This document shows positions 1 to 8,024 of a stretch of DNA of 64,000 nucleotides, one piece after another. The translations under genes were made by a program, and so were the position numbers. Each line of letters opens with the position of its first letter. The first letter of the stretch is position 1. The notes under the pieces were generated by a model. It searched no databases. It saw only the letters and a program-made list of their open reading frames with translations, and was not told the origin of the DNA. Source of the stretch: Candidatus Nomurabacteria bacterium (GTDB lineage: Bacteria; Patescibacteriota; Saccharimonadia; Saccharimonadales; Saccharimonadaceae); assembly GCA_031257295.1 (NCBI GenBank), contig JAIROX010000006.1, positions 15,392-79,391 of the forward strand, written 5' to 3'.

Positions 1-288
1 AACCGTACCAACGCCGTTCAGCCCACTGCGAGCTGCCGATAGGGCGGTAATCAACCCCATCATATAAACGATCAACAGGGCGATACCCGGAGCATACGGT
101 CCACCAGCCTTAGCGAATAGCCTAAAAAATTCAACAAAGCCCGCTGCTAGTATGATCGCTATGCCTACCGCTATCGGCCAGCTGCTACTCAGCAATAAAC
201 TTGCAAAGTAAAGCACTATCGGCAATAGAAAACATACAATAGCGCTCAAAGCCCGTGACTTTGCATCCGACTTCTTTTTCTTATTCAT
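1..288 (-). CDS. membrane protein, N-terminal part (C-terminus lies beyond window start)
   Basis: ATG at 288-286 with a GGAG-type SD just upstream (complement of 289-299). The frame stays open to nt 1 (96 codons). The product MNKKKKSDAKSRALSAIVCFLLPIVLYFASLLLSSSWPIAVGIAIILAAGF... has a basic N-terminus followed by hydrophobic helices. It is missing from the ORF track only because it has no stop in the window. Confidence 0.6.
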   Translation of the reverse strand, partial: MNKKKKSDAKSRALSAIVCFLLPIVLYFASLLLSSSWPIAVGIAIILAAGFVEFFRLFAKAGGPYAPGIALLIVYMMGLITALSAARSGLNGVGTV

Positions 289-461
289 ATCTCCACTCCT
301 TCCACTCTACAAAGTACAATAACTTACCGCTGCTGCGGTTTATTTTCTAAGGTATATTTTAGTATATATTGACTAGCGAGTCAATGTCTGTTAAACTGTA
401 GCAAGTATAAATTAACCGTTGGGAGGGTGACAAACCCGTTAATACCACAAGGAGTAATAAA

Positions 462-1448
462 ATGGCCAAAAAAGCCGAACTTTATGAAGAGTTGAAGAAG
501 CTCGACAAAAAGACAACTCTAACACCACGTAATACGATAGCTGAGATTGAAGCTGCAATTGCAGCCGTGAAACCAGCTGAGCCGGCTACTGAGGAAACTG
601 TAGCAGCCGAAGATGAAAGCTTCGCTAAAGCTGGCAAACGTAGTAAAAAGGTGATCGAGGAAACTGAAGCTGAGGTTGAGCGCCAAGAGCGTAAAGAAGA
701 AACCAAAGCTGAAACCGTCGAGGTCAAAAAAGGCCCCGCGCCAAAGGCCCGCCCGCTAGCCGAGCGCCGTGGCAAAAAATACCAAGAAGCCGCCAAACTG
801 GTCGAAAAAGACAAGCTCTACACCCTGGCCGAAGCCATGGAGCTGGCCACCAAAACCAGCCCCGTTGAGTTCGACGCTACAGTAGAGATTCACGCTCGTT
901 TGGGCGTAGACCCTCGCCAGGCCGACCAAAACATCCGCACCACCGTTAGCTTACCAAACGGCAATGGCAAAACCGTGCGCGTAGCCGTGTTCGCCCCTGA
1001 GGCTGAAGCCAAGGTGGCCAAAGACGCTGGCGCCGACATTGCTGGCGACGAAGAGTTCTTGGCGCAGCTTAACAAGGGCGTGATTGATTTTGATGTATTA
1101 ATCGCTACACCAGCCTACATGCCAAAACTCGGCAAGTTCGCGCGTGCCCTGGGGCCAAAGGGCCTCATGCCCAACCCCAAAGCCGGAACTGTTACGGCCG
1201 ATATCAAGGGCGCCGTTACTGCCGCTAAAGCCGGCAAGGTAGAATATCGTGTCGATAAGCAAGCCATCGTGCACATTGGCGTAGGCAAGGTAAGCTTTGG
1301 CACTGCCAAGCTAACCGAGAACGCCACGACCTTTTTTGACAGCCTAAAGGCCCAAAAGCCAGCCAGCCTTAAGGGCACTTACGTTAAGTCGCTAACTATT
1401 AGCACTAGCCAAGGCCCAGCCATTAAGCTTGAAAATGTCATAAACTAA
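462..1448 (+). CDS. rplA: 50S ribosomal protein L1 with ~100-aa N-terminal Lys/Glu/Ala-rich extension
   Basis: The L1 core is recognisable from about residue 100 ([13 protein letters not shown]..., [62 protein letters not shown]). AAGGAG SD at 449-454, 7 nt before the ATG at 462. Confidence 0.93.
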   Translation: MAKKAELYEELKKLDKKTTLTPRNTIAEIEAAIAAVKPAEPATEETVAAEDESFAKAGKRSKKVIEETEAEVERQERKEETKAETVEVKKGPAPKARPLAERRGKKYQEAAKLVEKDKLYTLAEAMELATKTSPVEFDATVEIHARLGVDPRQADQNIRTTVSLPNGNGKTVRVAVFAPEAEAKVAKDAGADIAGDEEFLAQLNKGVIDFDVLIATPAYMPKLGKFARALGPKGLMPNPKAGTVTADIKGAVTAAKAGKVEYRVDKQAIVHIGVGKVSFGTAKLTENATTFFDSLKAQKPASLKGTYVKSLTISTSQGPAIKLENVIN

Positions 1449-1465
1449 GCAAAACAAAGCATGCG

Positions 1466-1498
1466 AAAAGTAGCCCTTGCAAAGGGCTACTTTTTTTT
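1466..1498 (+). terminator. Rho-independent terminator after rplA
   Basis: 9-bp stem GTAGCCCTT (1470-1478) / AAGGGCTAC (1482-1490) with a 3-nt loop, followed by T8 (1491-1498). Confidence 0.85.
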
Positions 1499-1519
1499 GC
1501 AAAACGTCCGAAAAAGCAT

Positions 1520-1550
1520 TTGCGTTATACCCTCGGGGGGGGGGTATAAT
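1520..1550 (+). promoter_or_regulatory. Sigma70-type promoter whose spacer contains a G10 homopolymer
   Basis: TTGCGT (1520-1525), then a 19-nt spacer whose last 10 nt are G (1535-1544), then TATAAT (1545-1550). It lies 33 nt upstream of the ATG at 1584. Confidence 0.6.
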
Positions 1551-1583
1551 AACCACATAAAAGTAAGATAGGTGTGTATAAGC

Positions 1584-4500
1584 ATGAAATATTACAAAAT
1601 ACTAACAGGAATCGTACTGGCCTTAGTTATTACTAGTGCAGCGGCAACTTTGTTTATTAACAAACAAAGCGCTCAAGCGGCGGTGAGCTTGACGGCGAGC
1701 AACGAAGCGGAGCTAAAGGCGGCTTTCGCGAACGCCGACACGAATATTGATATTACGATCACGGCGGATTTTGAGCTCTCGACAGCGACGACGGAGGGGA
1801 ATCGCACCGTCAAAAACGGCAAAAACATCACGATTCATTCCGACGGCACGCTGCGGACGATCAAGCGCAGCGCCAGCTACGCTGGCCGGATGATTTTGGT
1901 CCAAAACGGCACGTTGACGTTGAAAGATATCACGATTGATGGCAACAAAGCCGGCACGAGCGGCCTAGCGGACGTCAATACGATGATTTTGGTGGGCAAG
2001 AGCGGTAGCATCGCCGACAAAGGCACGCTGAATATCGAACCTGGCGCCACGCTGCAAAATAACACCGCCACCGCCGGCGATTCATCCAAATCGGCCGGAG
2101 CGGTGGTGGTGCGCGAAGCCAGCACGGTTAATATGTCTGGCGGGCTGATCACCGGCAACACCGGCGCGGACAGAGACACCGGCGGGGCGTTCCTGTTTAG
2201 TGATGGCGATCCAGGGATGTCAACGCCCGGTATGGAGATGACATTTAATATGACCGGCGGCGAGATCAGCGGCAACACGATACGAACCAAAGGCGGTGGC
2301 GGAGTGTATTTCCAAGATAAAGGTAGCGCCAATGGCAGCAATATTACCATCACTGGCAGCGCTAAAATCATCAACAACATTGCCACAAACAGCGGCATAA
2401 GCAACGGCGCTGGCGGCGTGGGCGGCGGCCTGTTTTTTAGTGGCAACAACAAAATGAACATCGAAATCGGCGGTAGCGCCGAAATCAGCGGCAACACTGC
2501 CGGTAGTAACGGCGGCGGCCTAGCCATCAACTCGCAAAGCAACAACGGCATCAACCTGACCGTCAAAGACAACGCCAAATTCACTGGCAACACATCAAAC
2601 GACGGCAAAGGCGGCGGCATTTATGCCGAAAATGTTGACGTGCGGATCCAGGACAATGTGGAAATCACCGACAACACCTCAACTGGCGGCGGCGGAATTA
2701 ACTTGTCGGGCAGCCAGCGCGGCTTTGTCGAAATCGAAGGCCCGGTCAAAATTAACGGCAACAAAGTCAATATCGAAAACCCCGGCAGCAACAACTACGG
2801 TGGCGGCGGTGTCAAACTGAGCGGCAGTAACCAACACATATCCATCGAAAACGGCGCGCAGATCAACAACAACGACGTCTACGCCGACAACGATTGGTCG
2901 GGCAAAGGCGGCGGCGTCTATGTCAGCAGCTGTAACGACATGTATATGTACGATAGCCAGGTTAATGGCAATATTACAGGCAATAATAGCACTAACTATT
3001 GGTATCACGGCGCCAACGGTGGTGGTATTTACTTCTATGGCGATTATTGCAACAGCAGTTCAACGCCAAATGATGCGCGGACATTGGAAATTCACAACAG
3101 TCAAATCAACAACAACACTTCCGGCGGCCAGGGCGGCGGCATCTACACCCGCGTGGCGAACCTGACTTTTGACAATTCGCAAATGAACGGCAACAAAGCT
3201 CGCGACAACGGCGGTGGGATTGAACTACACAACTGGGCTTGGGGCAGCAGCTACAATATGCCATCGGTCAATTTCACGGGCGATTTCCAGATTAACAACA
3301 ACATCGCCGACCTTGACGAAGACGGCGTGGGTGACGGCGGCGGGATTTTTGTGAACGGTTGGAGCGGCAGCTCTAATTTCGCCATCAACCTATCTAGCGG
3401 CCAGATCAACGGCAACAAAGCGGTCGGCGGCGGCGGGATCCATTTTGTGGTTAGTGGCCAGAATAATCATATTTCTACGCTGACGCTGGGCGGCAATGTC
3501 CAGGTGAACAACAACACGGCTTATACACCGGAAGGTATGACGAATTGGAGCGACGCCCAGGGTGGCGCGATCGAGCTGAGCTCTAATAGCGGCTGGTCGC
3601 TGCATATTACCGACAATGCCCAGCTGACCGGCAACACGGCTGGTTGGAACGGCGGCGCGATACATATTGGTGGCCTTTATAACTCGTCGCTGCTGATTGA
3701 CGGCAACCCCAATATTTCCGGCAACAAGACGCTGGGGACGGGCTGTGGTTCGAGCGGTTATGGTTGTTATGGCACCACAGGCGGCGGCGCGATTTTTATT
3801 GGCGGCATGGGCGGGACGGCCAGTGCTGATATTGGCGGCAATGTCAAGATTGATAATAATCAGGCGGTCAATGGGTTTGGCGGCGCGATACGGGTTTTGA
3901 ATTCGCCGGATGGGCTATATATTAACGATAATGCCGAGATTTGTGGTAACTCGGCGGCCTATGGCGGGGCAATTTCGGAGCATTCTGGGTCGGTGGTGTA
4001 TATTTCTGGCGATGTGAAACTTTGCGACAATGTGGCGGACGTTAATGGTGGCGCGATTAACTTGAACTTTGATAGCAATTCGAGTGTATATATGCAAGAC
4101 CATGTTGAAATTGTGGATAATACAGCCGGCGCGGATGGCGGCGGGATTTGGACGGAATATCCGGGGCTGCGCGGGGCGTATATTTCTGGGCCTGGGCAAG
4201 ACCACACGGTGGTGGATGTGGTGGATAATAAGTTGACGAATGTTTATGTGGAGAGCGGCGTGAAGTTTTGGGATAACACGGCACAGGCGGGGTATATCAT
4301 GACTGACTCGGCGGATATCGCAACGCACGGCGCGCAGATTGGCTTGGTGCAGTATTCTTGGGATTTCCCGTATGCGTATAATAATTATGATATTTCGTAC
4401 TTGAGCAGCGATATTAAGCATGTGGCGCGGGTGAAGTTTGATGTGAATGGCGCGTCGTCGCCGACGCCAGCCACGCAATACTATTGGCGGGAAAATCGGT

Positions 4501-4829
4501 CGCTGGCAGTCGAGCCGTCTGTTCCTGTGCGGGCCGGGTATAAGTTCCTCGGCTGGCAGGGCGCGGTAACTACTTGCAATGGCTGGAATGCGGTTTTGGA
4601 CGAAGGCACAGCTTGTACTACCACTGTAGAAATGTGGGATTTTACCTCCGCGCGGGCGTATGCTGATGTTAAATTGACGGCGTTGTGGGAGGAAATCACG
4701 CCTGACGCGCCAAATACTGGGCTAGAGCAGCAAGCCGCAAACGCTTCTGCTAGCACGCCAGCAGCCGTCGGATTACTATTTGCACTTATACTAATTAGGC
4801 GGCATCTACTTAGTAAAAGACGCGCTTAA
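1584..4829 (+). CDS. giant secreted beta-helix repeat surface protein (Pmp-like Gly-rich repeats, Listeria-Bacteroides repeat, sortase-like PNTG sorting signal)
   Basis: N-terminal signal or anchor MKYYKILTGIVLALVITSAAATLFINKQSAQA. More than 20 degenerate repeats of the type N-x-[AT]-x(3-6)-GGG-[IVA], as in polymorphic-membrane-protein or parallel beta-helix adhesins. The C-terminus carries VKFDVNG...AGYKFLGWQG...VKLTALWEE, then PNTG (4710-4721), a hydrophobic helix and an RRHLLSKRRA tail. The ORF track starts at GTG 1572; ATG 1584 gives the canonical signal-peptide start. Confidence 0.85.
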   Translation: MKYYKILTGIVLALVITSAAATLFINKQSAQAAVSLTASNEAELKAAFANADTNIDITITADFELSTATTEGNRTVKNGKNITIHSDGTLRTIKRSASYAGRMILVQNGTLTLKDITIDGNKAGTSGLADVNTMILVGKSGSIADKGTLNIEPGATLQNNTATAGDSSKSAGAVVVREASTVNMSGGLITGNTGADRDTGGAFLFSDGDPGMSTPGMEMTFNMTGGEISGNTIRTKGGGGVYFQDKGSANGSNITITGSAKIINNIATNSGISNGAGGVGGGLFFSGNNKMNIEIGGSAEISGNTAGSNGGGLAINSQSNNGINLTVKDNAKFTGNTSNDGKGGGIYAENVDVRIQDNVEITDNTSTGGGGINLSGSQRGFVEIEGPVKINGNKVNIENPGSNNYGGGGVKLSGSNQHISIENGAQINNNDVYADNDWSGKGGGVYVSSCNDMYMYDSQVNGNITGNNSTNYWYHGANGGGIYFYGDYCNSSSTPNDARTLEIHNSQINNNTSGGQGGGIYTRVANLTFDNSQMNGNKARDNGGGIELHNWAWGSSYNMPSVNFTGDFQINNNIADLDEDGVGDGGGIFVNGWSGSSNFAINLSSGQINGNKAVGGGGIHFVVSGQNNHISTLTLGGNVQVNNNTAYTPEGMTNWSDAQGGAIELSSNSGWSLHITDNAQLTGNTAGWNGGAIHIGGLYNSSLLIDGNPNISGNKTLGTGCGSSGYGCYGTTGGGAIFIGGMGGTASADIGGNVKIDNNQAVNGFGGAIRVLNSPDGLYINDNAEICGNSAAYGGAISEHSGSVVYISGDVKLCDNVADVNGGAINLNFDSNSSVYMQDHVEIVDNTAGADGGGIWTEYPGLRGAYISGPGQDHTVVDVVDNKLTNVYVESGVKFWDNTAQAGYIMTDSADIATHGAQIGLVQYSWDFPYAYNNYDISYLSSDIKHVARVKFDVNGASSPTPATQYYWRENRSLAVEPSVPVRAGYKFLGWQGAVTTCNGWNAVLDEGTACTTTVEMWDFTSARAYADVKLTALWEEITPDAPNTGLEQQAANASASTPAAVGLLFALILIRRHLLSKRRA

Positions 4830-4852
4830 TCAACTTGTGCTAGAATGTAAAT

Positions 4853-5254
4853 ATGATTAGACACACTATTCTTAGAGCGCGGCGAGCACGCAAGATTGAT
4901 GCTGAATATAAAGTGTTTAGACATAAGCATCGCAACTGCACGTTTTGCACAATCAGCACTGGCGACGACAACGAGATCGTAAGCGAAACTAAGCATTTTT
5001 ATATCATTAAAAATCGTTTCCCGTACGAGGTCCTGGACGGTAGCAAAGTAACCGATCACCTGTTAGTTGTGCCCAAAGACCACTTTTTAGAGCTGCGAGA
5101 CATGACACCCAGCGAGCGCAAAACACTAGTAGAAGTTTTAGCTAAATATGAAAAAAAAGGTTATTCATTCTTTGGCCGGTCGCAAGCTGATACTGGCAGG
5201 TCTATGATACATCAGCATACACATCTGATAAAAACTGAAGACAAGAGTAAGTAA
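4853..5254 (+). CDS. HIT (histidine triad) family protein
   Basis: C-terminal histidine triad HQHTHLI; 133 aa. TGcTAGAAT extended -10 at 4838-4846 lies 6 nt upstream of the ATG with no SD, so the mRNA is probably leaderless. Confidence 0.8.
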   Translation: MIRHTILRARRARKIDAEYKVFRHKHRNCTFCTISTGDDNEIVSETKHFYIIKNRFPYEVLDGSKVTDHLLVVPKDHFLELRDMTPSERKTLVEVLAKYEKKGYSFFGRSQADTGRSMIHQHTHLIKTEDKSK

Positions 5255-5257
5255 TTA

Positions 5258-5450
5258 TTGATCTTCTTGCGTCGATACGCTATAATATCCAATAGTTGCC
5301 AAAGACAGTAGCTGTTTTGAGGAGACTCAAGGCTTAATCTGCTACCGAGGAAATATCTTTTTAAAGTGTTTTGGTGACCACGGCGAGTAGCCGTGATTCT
5401 GGTATATTAACAATTAGCCGATAAGAAAACTTAACCAAAAGGAGTAATTT
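5258..5450 (+). promoter_or_regulatory. rplJL promoter plus long structured 5' leader (candidate L10-leader autoregulatory RNA)
   Basis: TTGATC (5258-5263), 17-nt spacer, TATAAT (5281-5286). The leader is about 160 nt with nested helices: GTAGC (5308-5312)/GCTAC (5341-5345) encloses a 6-bp stem 5316-5321/5326-5331 capped by a GAGA tetraloop. A second hairpin is CACGGC (5379-5384)/GCCGTG (5390-5395). AAGGAG SD at 5439-5444. The class assignment comes from position and architecture only. Confidence 0.5.
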
Positions 5451-5972
5451 ATGGCGATTTCACGCGATAAAAAACAATCTTTGGTTGCTGAAATGAGCGA
5501 AGCGCTAGATGGCGCTAAGATGACAGTTTTCGCTAAATATGTGGGGCTAAGTGTGGCCGACTTGCAAGAGTTGCGTCGCAGCGCCCGCGAAGCTGGCGTT
5601 ACAATCAAGGTGATTAAAAACCGCCTGGTGCGCGTAGCTATGAGCGAAAACAACACCTACAAGAGCACCGACACATCGACTTTGAATGGTCAGCTGCTTT
5701 ACGCTATCAGTAGCGAAGACGAAGTAGCCCCAGCTCAGGTGTTAGACAAGTTCGCCAAAAGCCACCCCGAGCTAGAGTTTGTGGGCGCGTTTAGTGGCGA
5801 AGGTGCCAACCTAGATGCTGGTGAAGTTAAGTCGCTAGCAGGCTTGCCAAGCAAGAACGAGCTAATCGCTCAGGTTGTGGCAACCTTGCAGTCACCAGTA
5901 AACGATGTGGTAAATGGCTTAAATGGCCTGCCAAGCATCTTGAACGCGCTCGAATCCAAGGCGCAAGCTTAA
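5451..5972 (+). CDS. rplJ: 50S ribosomal protein L10
   Basis: 173 aa beginning MAISRDKKQSLVAEMSEALDGAKMTVFAKYVGLSVADLQELRRSAREAGVTIKVIKNRL, the typical L10 N-terminus. Located directly upstream of rplL. Confidence 0.93.
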   Translation: MAISRDKKQSLVAEMSEALDGAKMTVFAKYVGLSVADLQELRRSAREAGVTIKVIKNRLVRVAMSENNTYKSTDTSTLNGQLLYAISSEDEVAPAQVLDKFAKSHPELEFVGAFSGEGANLDAGEVKSLAGLPSKNELIAQVVATLQSPVNDVVNGLNGLPSILNALESKAQA

Positions 5973-6011
5973 TTTTAGCAATCAAATCATACTAACCCGA
6001 AAGGAGCCAAT

Positions 6012-6395
6012 ATGGCAGATATTAAGAAATTAGCTGAAGAGCTAACCAAACTAACTGTTTTAGAAGTAAATGAATTAAAAAATGTCCTTAAGGACGAATA
6101 CGGCATTGAGCCCGCTGCAGCCGCTGTGGCTGTTGCTGCTGGCCCAGCTGCTGGTGGTGAAGCCGCCGCTGCCGACGAAGGCAAGAGCGAATACACCATT
6201 AGTCTGAAAGACGCTGGCGCGCAGAAGATCGCCGTCATCAAGGCCGTTAAAGAAATCACAGGCCTAGGCCTGGGCGAAGCTAAGGCTATCGTCGATGGCG
6301 CTCCAGCCAACGTAAAGGAAAACGTTCCTAAAGACGAGGCCGAGACCATTAAAAAGACACTGGAAGAAGCTGGCGCAACCGTCGAGTTGGTATAG
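6012..6395 (+). CDS. rplL: 50S ribosomal protein L7/L12
   Basis: 127 aa with an N-terminal dimerisation helix, an Ala/Gly/Glu hinge ([22 protein letters not shown]) and the C-terminal domain [27 protein letters not shown]...[10 protein letters not shown]. Confidence 0.95.
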   Translation: MADIKKLAEELTKLTVLEVNELKNVLKDEYGIEPAAAAVAVAAGPAAGGEAAAADEGKSEYTISLKDAGAQKIAVIKAVKEITGLGLGEAKAIVDGAPANVKENVPKDEAETIKKTLEEAGATVELV

Positions 6396-6432
6396 CATCA
6401 CAAACATCGGCTAATTAAATTACCAGGCTAAA

Positions 6433-6456
6433 CGCACCCCGATAGGGGTGTTTTTA
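6433..6456 (+). terminator. Rho-independent terminator after rplL
   Basis: CACCCC (6435-6440), GATA loop, GGGGTG (6445-6450), then T5 (6451-6455). Confidence 0.75.
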
Positions 6457-6535
6457 GTGTCTACGTAAAAAATACAACAAAACTGAAGCTACAACTGTTT
6501 ACCTTGTGGAAAAGCTAAAATCTTTATGTTTTTTA

Positions 6536-6564
6536 TTGACTTTTCTTGGCCCACCTGGTATATA
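6536..6564 (+). promoter_or_regulatory. Near-consensus sigma70 promoter
   Basis: TTGACT (6536-6541), 17-nt spacer, TATATA (6559-6564). It lies inside the 5' end of the track ORF 6546..7124, which argues for the downstream ATG at 6606. Confidence 0.65.
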
Positions 6565-6605
6565 TGAGGTATATCATTACAAAAACAGACAAGGAAGCGA
6601 GAGAA

Positions 6606-7124
6606 ATGTCTGAGTTACCAGAGAAACAAGCAAAACGCCTCAAGACGTTGATTCAAGAGGCCGAGATCAAGTTGGCAGCGGCCAAAGAGTTATTGATGAG
6701 TATACTTGGCGAAGAAGAAGTCGACGGTTCAGCCAGGCAGGCGGCTGTTGAAAGCTTAAGCGGCAAGGTTGTTGAAGGTATATTTGACGGCCAAAACATG
6801 ATCGACGGCGATGGCAAAAATTACCCAGTGCCAGTCAACTACGCTAGTAAATCTAAGCTGGTTGAAGGTGATATCATGAAGCTAACCATCACCGAAGAGG
6901 GGAAGTTAGTATATAAGCAGATTGGCCCGGCCCCGCGCAAGCAGCTGATTGGCACGCTAATTAGTCATGATGGCCAGTATTTTGTAGAGGTCAGCGGCAA
7001 AGAATATAAGATCTTGCTGGCAACCGTAACATACTTTAAGCTAACCATAGGCGATCAAGTCACTATTATCATACCCGAAGACAACCCAGACGCTGTTTGG
7101 GCGGCTGTTGAAGCAAAATTATAG
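6606..7124 (+). CDS. hypothetical protein (coiled N-terminus plus two small beta-rich modules)
   Basis: ATG 6606 is preceded by AAGGAAG. The product MSELPEKQAKRLKTLIQEAEIKLAAAKELL... contains no motif I recognise. The track's TTG start at 6546 overlaps the promoter. Confidence 0.65.
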   Translation: MSELPEKQAKRLKTLIQEAEIKLAAAKELLMSILGEEEVDGSARQAAVESLSGKVVEGIFDGQNMIDGDGKNYPVPVNYASKSKLVEGDIMKLTITEEGKLVYKQIGPAPRKQLIGTLISHDGQYFVEVSGKEYKILLATVTYFKLTIGDQVTIIIPEDNPDAVWAAVEAKL

Positions 7125-7130
7125 TTAGTT

Positions 7131-8003
7131 ATGGTAACATTGTTTACTTATTTTAGCTTTGATAAAGATGGTCGACCCTACTATCGCCTAACAGATGGTA
7201 GTGGAGAGATATCTACACATATCATTAAGTACGACGAAGACTTAACACTTGAATTCGACCAGACAAGGCGTTTTTGCACAGGCGGTCACGACCTTGGCAC
7301 TTATGATTCGTGGGCTTGCCCGACCCACGCAGAAGTCGACAAAAAGTACGAACAATGCAAGCAGTGTATGGACAAAACTGGTTTTAACCCAGCGTTCTAC
7401 TATTCTGATGAGATCTCCGATCAACAGGCCGAATACAATCAGCAACCGCATAACCTATACTTGGCGTACTTCGATGATGGCAACCTTAAAGTTGGTATAT
7501 CACATACTAGACGCGGTTTGGCCCGACTGCTGGAACAGGGTGCCAGAGCGGCAATCGTGCTCGATGAGTTCACTTCGGCTAATGTGGCCAGACAATACGA
7601 AGCTAAAATAGCACGGCTAGATTGGGTGAACGAAAACGTTAAACTAAGCAAGAAGATTGATATTTTAGGATGCCTAGAGTACGACCCCGGTCATGCAGCC
7701 TCACAGCTAAAGACCGCGAAGCATAGAATTGATAGCGAGCTAGGAGTCACATTGGGGTCAGATGAAGTTATAGATCTAAACAGGTTCTACGGTGATACTA
7801 CTTCACTGAAAAACTTGAATGATATGAGTGAGCAGGGTGTGATAAGTGGTAAGATACTAGCCTGTGTTGGCTCAATCTTGATAGCTGAAAACGACGGCGA
7901 AAAGCTGTTGCTTCCTATCAAAAAGTTTGTTGGTTACAACGCGACCATTTCTGATGGTGTAAAATCGGTGGAGTTAGCGCCCAAGCAGTTCTCACTCTTC
8001 TAG
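7131..8003 (+). CDS. hypothetical Cys/His-cluster protein, possibly DUF2797-like
   Basis: 290 aa. It has a Cys/His cluster FCTGGHDLGTYDSWACPTHAEVDKKYEQCKQCMDKTG and a central motif YLAYFDDGNLKVGISHTRRGLARLLEQGARAAIVL. The family name is from memory of that motif pattern and was not verified. Confidence 0.6.
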   Translation: MVTLFTYFSFDKDGRPYYRLTDGSGEISTHIIKYDEDLTLEFDQTRRFCTGGHDLGTYDSWACPTHAEVDKKYEQCKQCMDKTGFNPAFYYSDEISDQQAEYNQQPHNLYLAYFDDGNLKVGISHTRRGLARLLEQGARAAIVLDEFTSANVARQYEAKIARLDWVNENVKLSKKIDILGCLEYDPGHAASQLKTAKHRIDSELGVTLGSDEVIDLNRFYGDTTSLKNLNDMSEQGVISGKILACVGSILIAENDGEKLLLPIKKFVGYNATISDGVKSVELAPKQFSLF

Positions 8004-8024
8004 ACGTGTAGTATACTATTGTAT

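Noticed and set aside
369-461. L1-binding autoregulatory leader upstream of rplA (GGGAGGGUGACAAACCC hairpin at 421-437; TTGACT/AGTCAA inverted repeat at 369-384)
   Set aside because: I could show only a short 3-bp hairpin and a generic inverted repeat. That is too weak to call an L1 operator without covariance analysis.
1713-4756. Many long antisense or alternate-frame ORFs inside the giant surface-protein gene (e.g. 1877-2620 -, 3915-4478 -, 2679-3008 -)
   Set aside because: They are shadow ORFs created by the GGC/GCC-rich repeat composition. Their products are low-complexity Pro/Arg/Ile strings, and they have no start signals.
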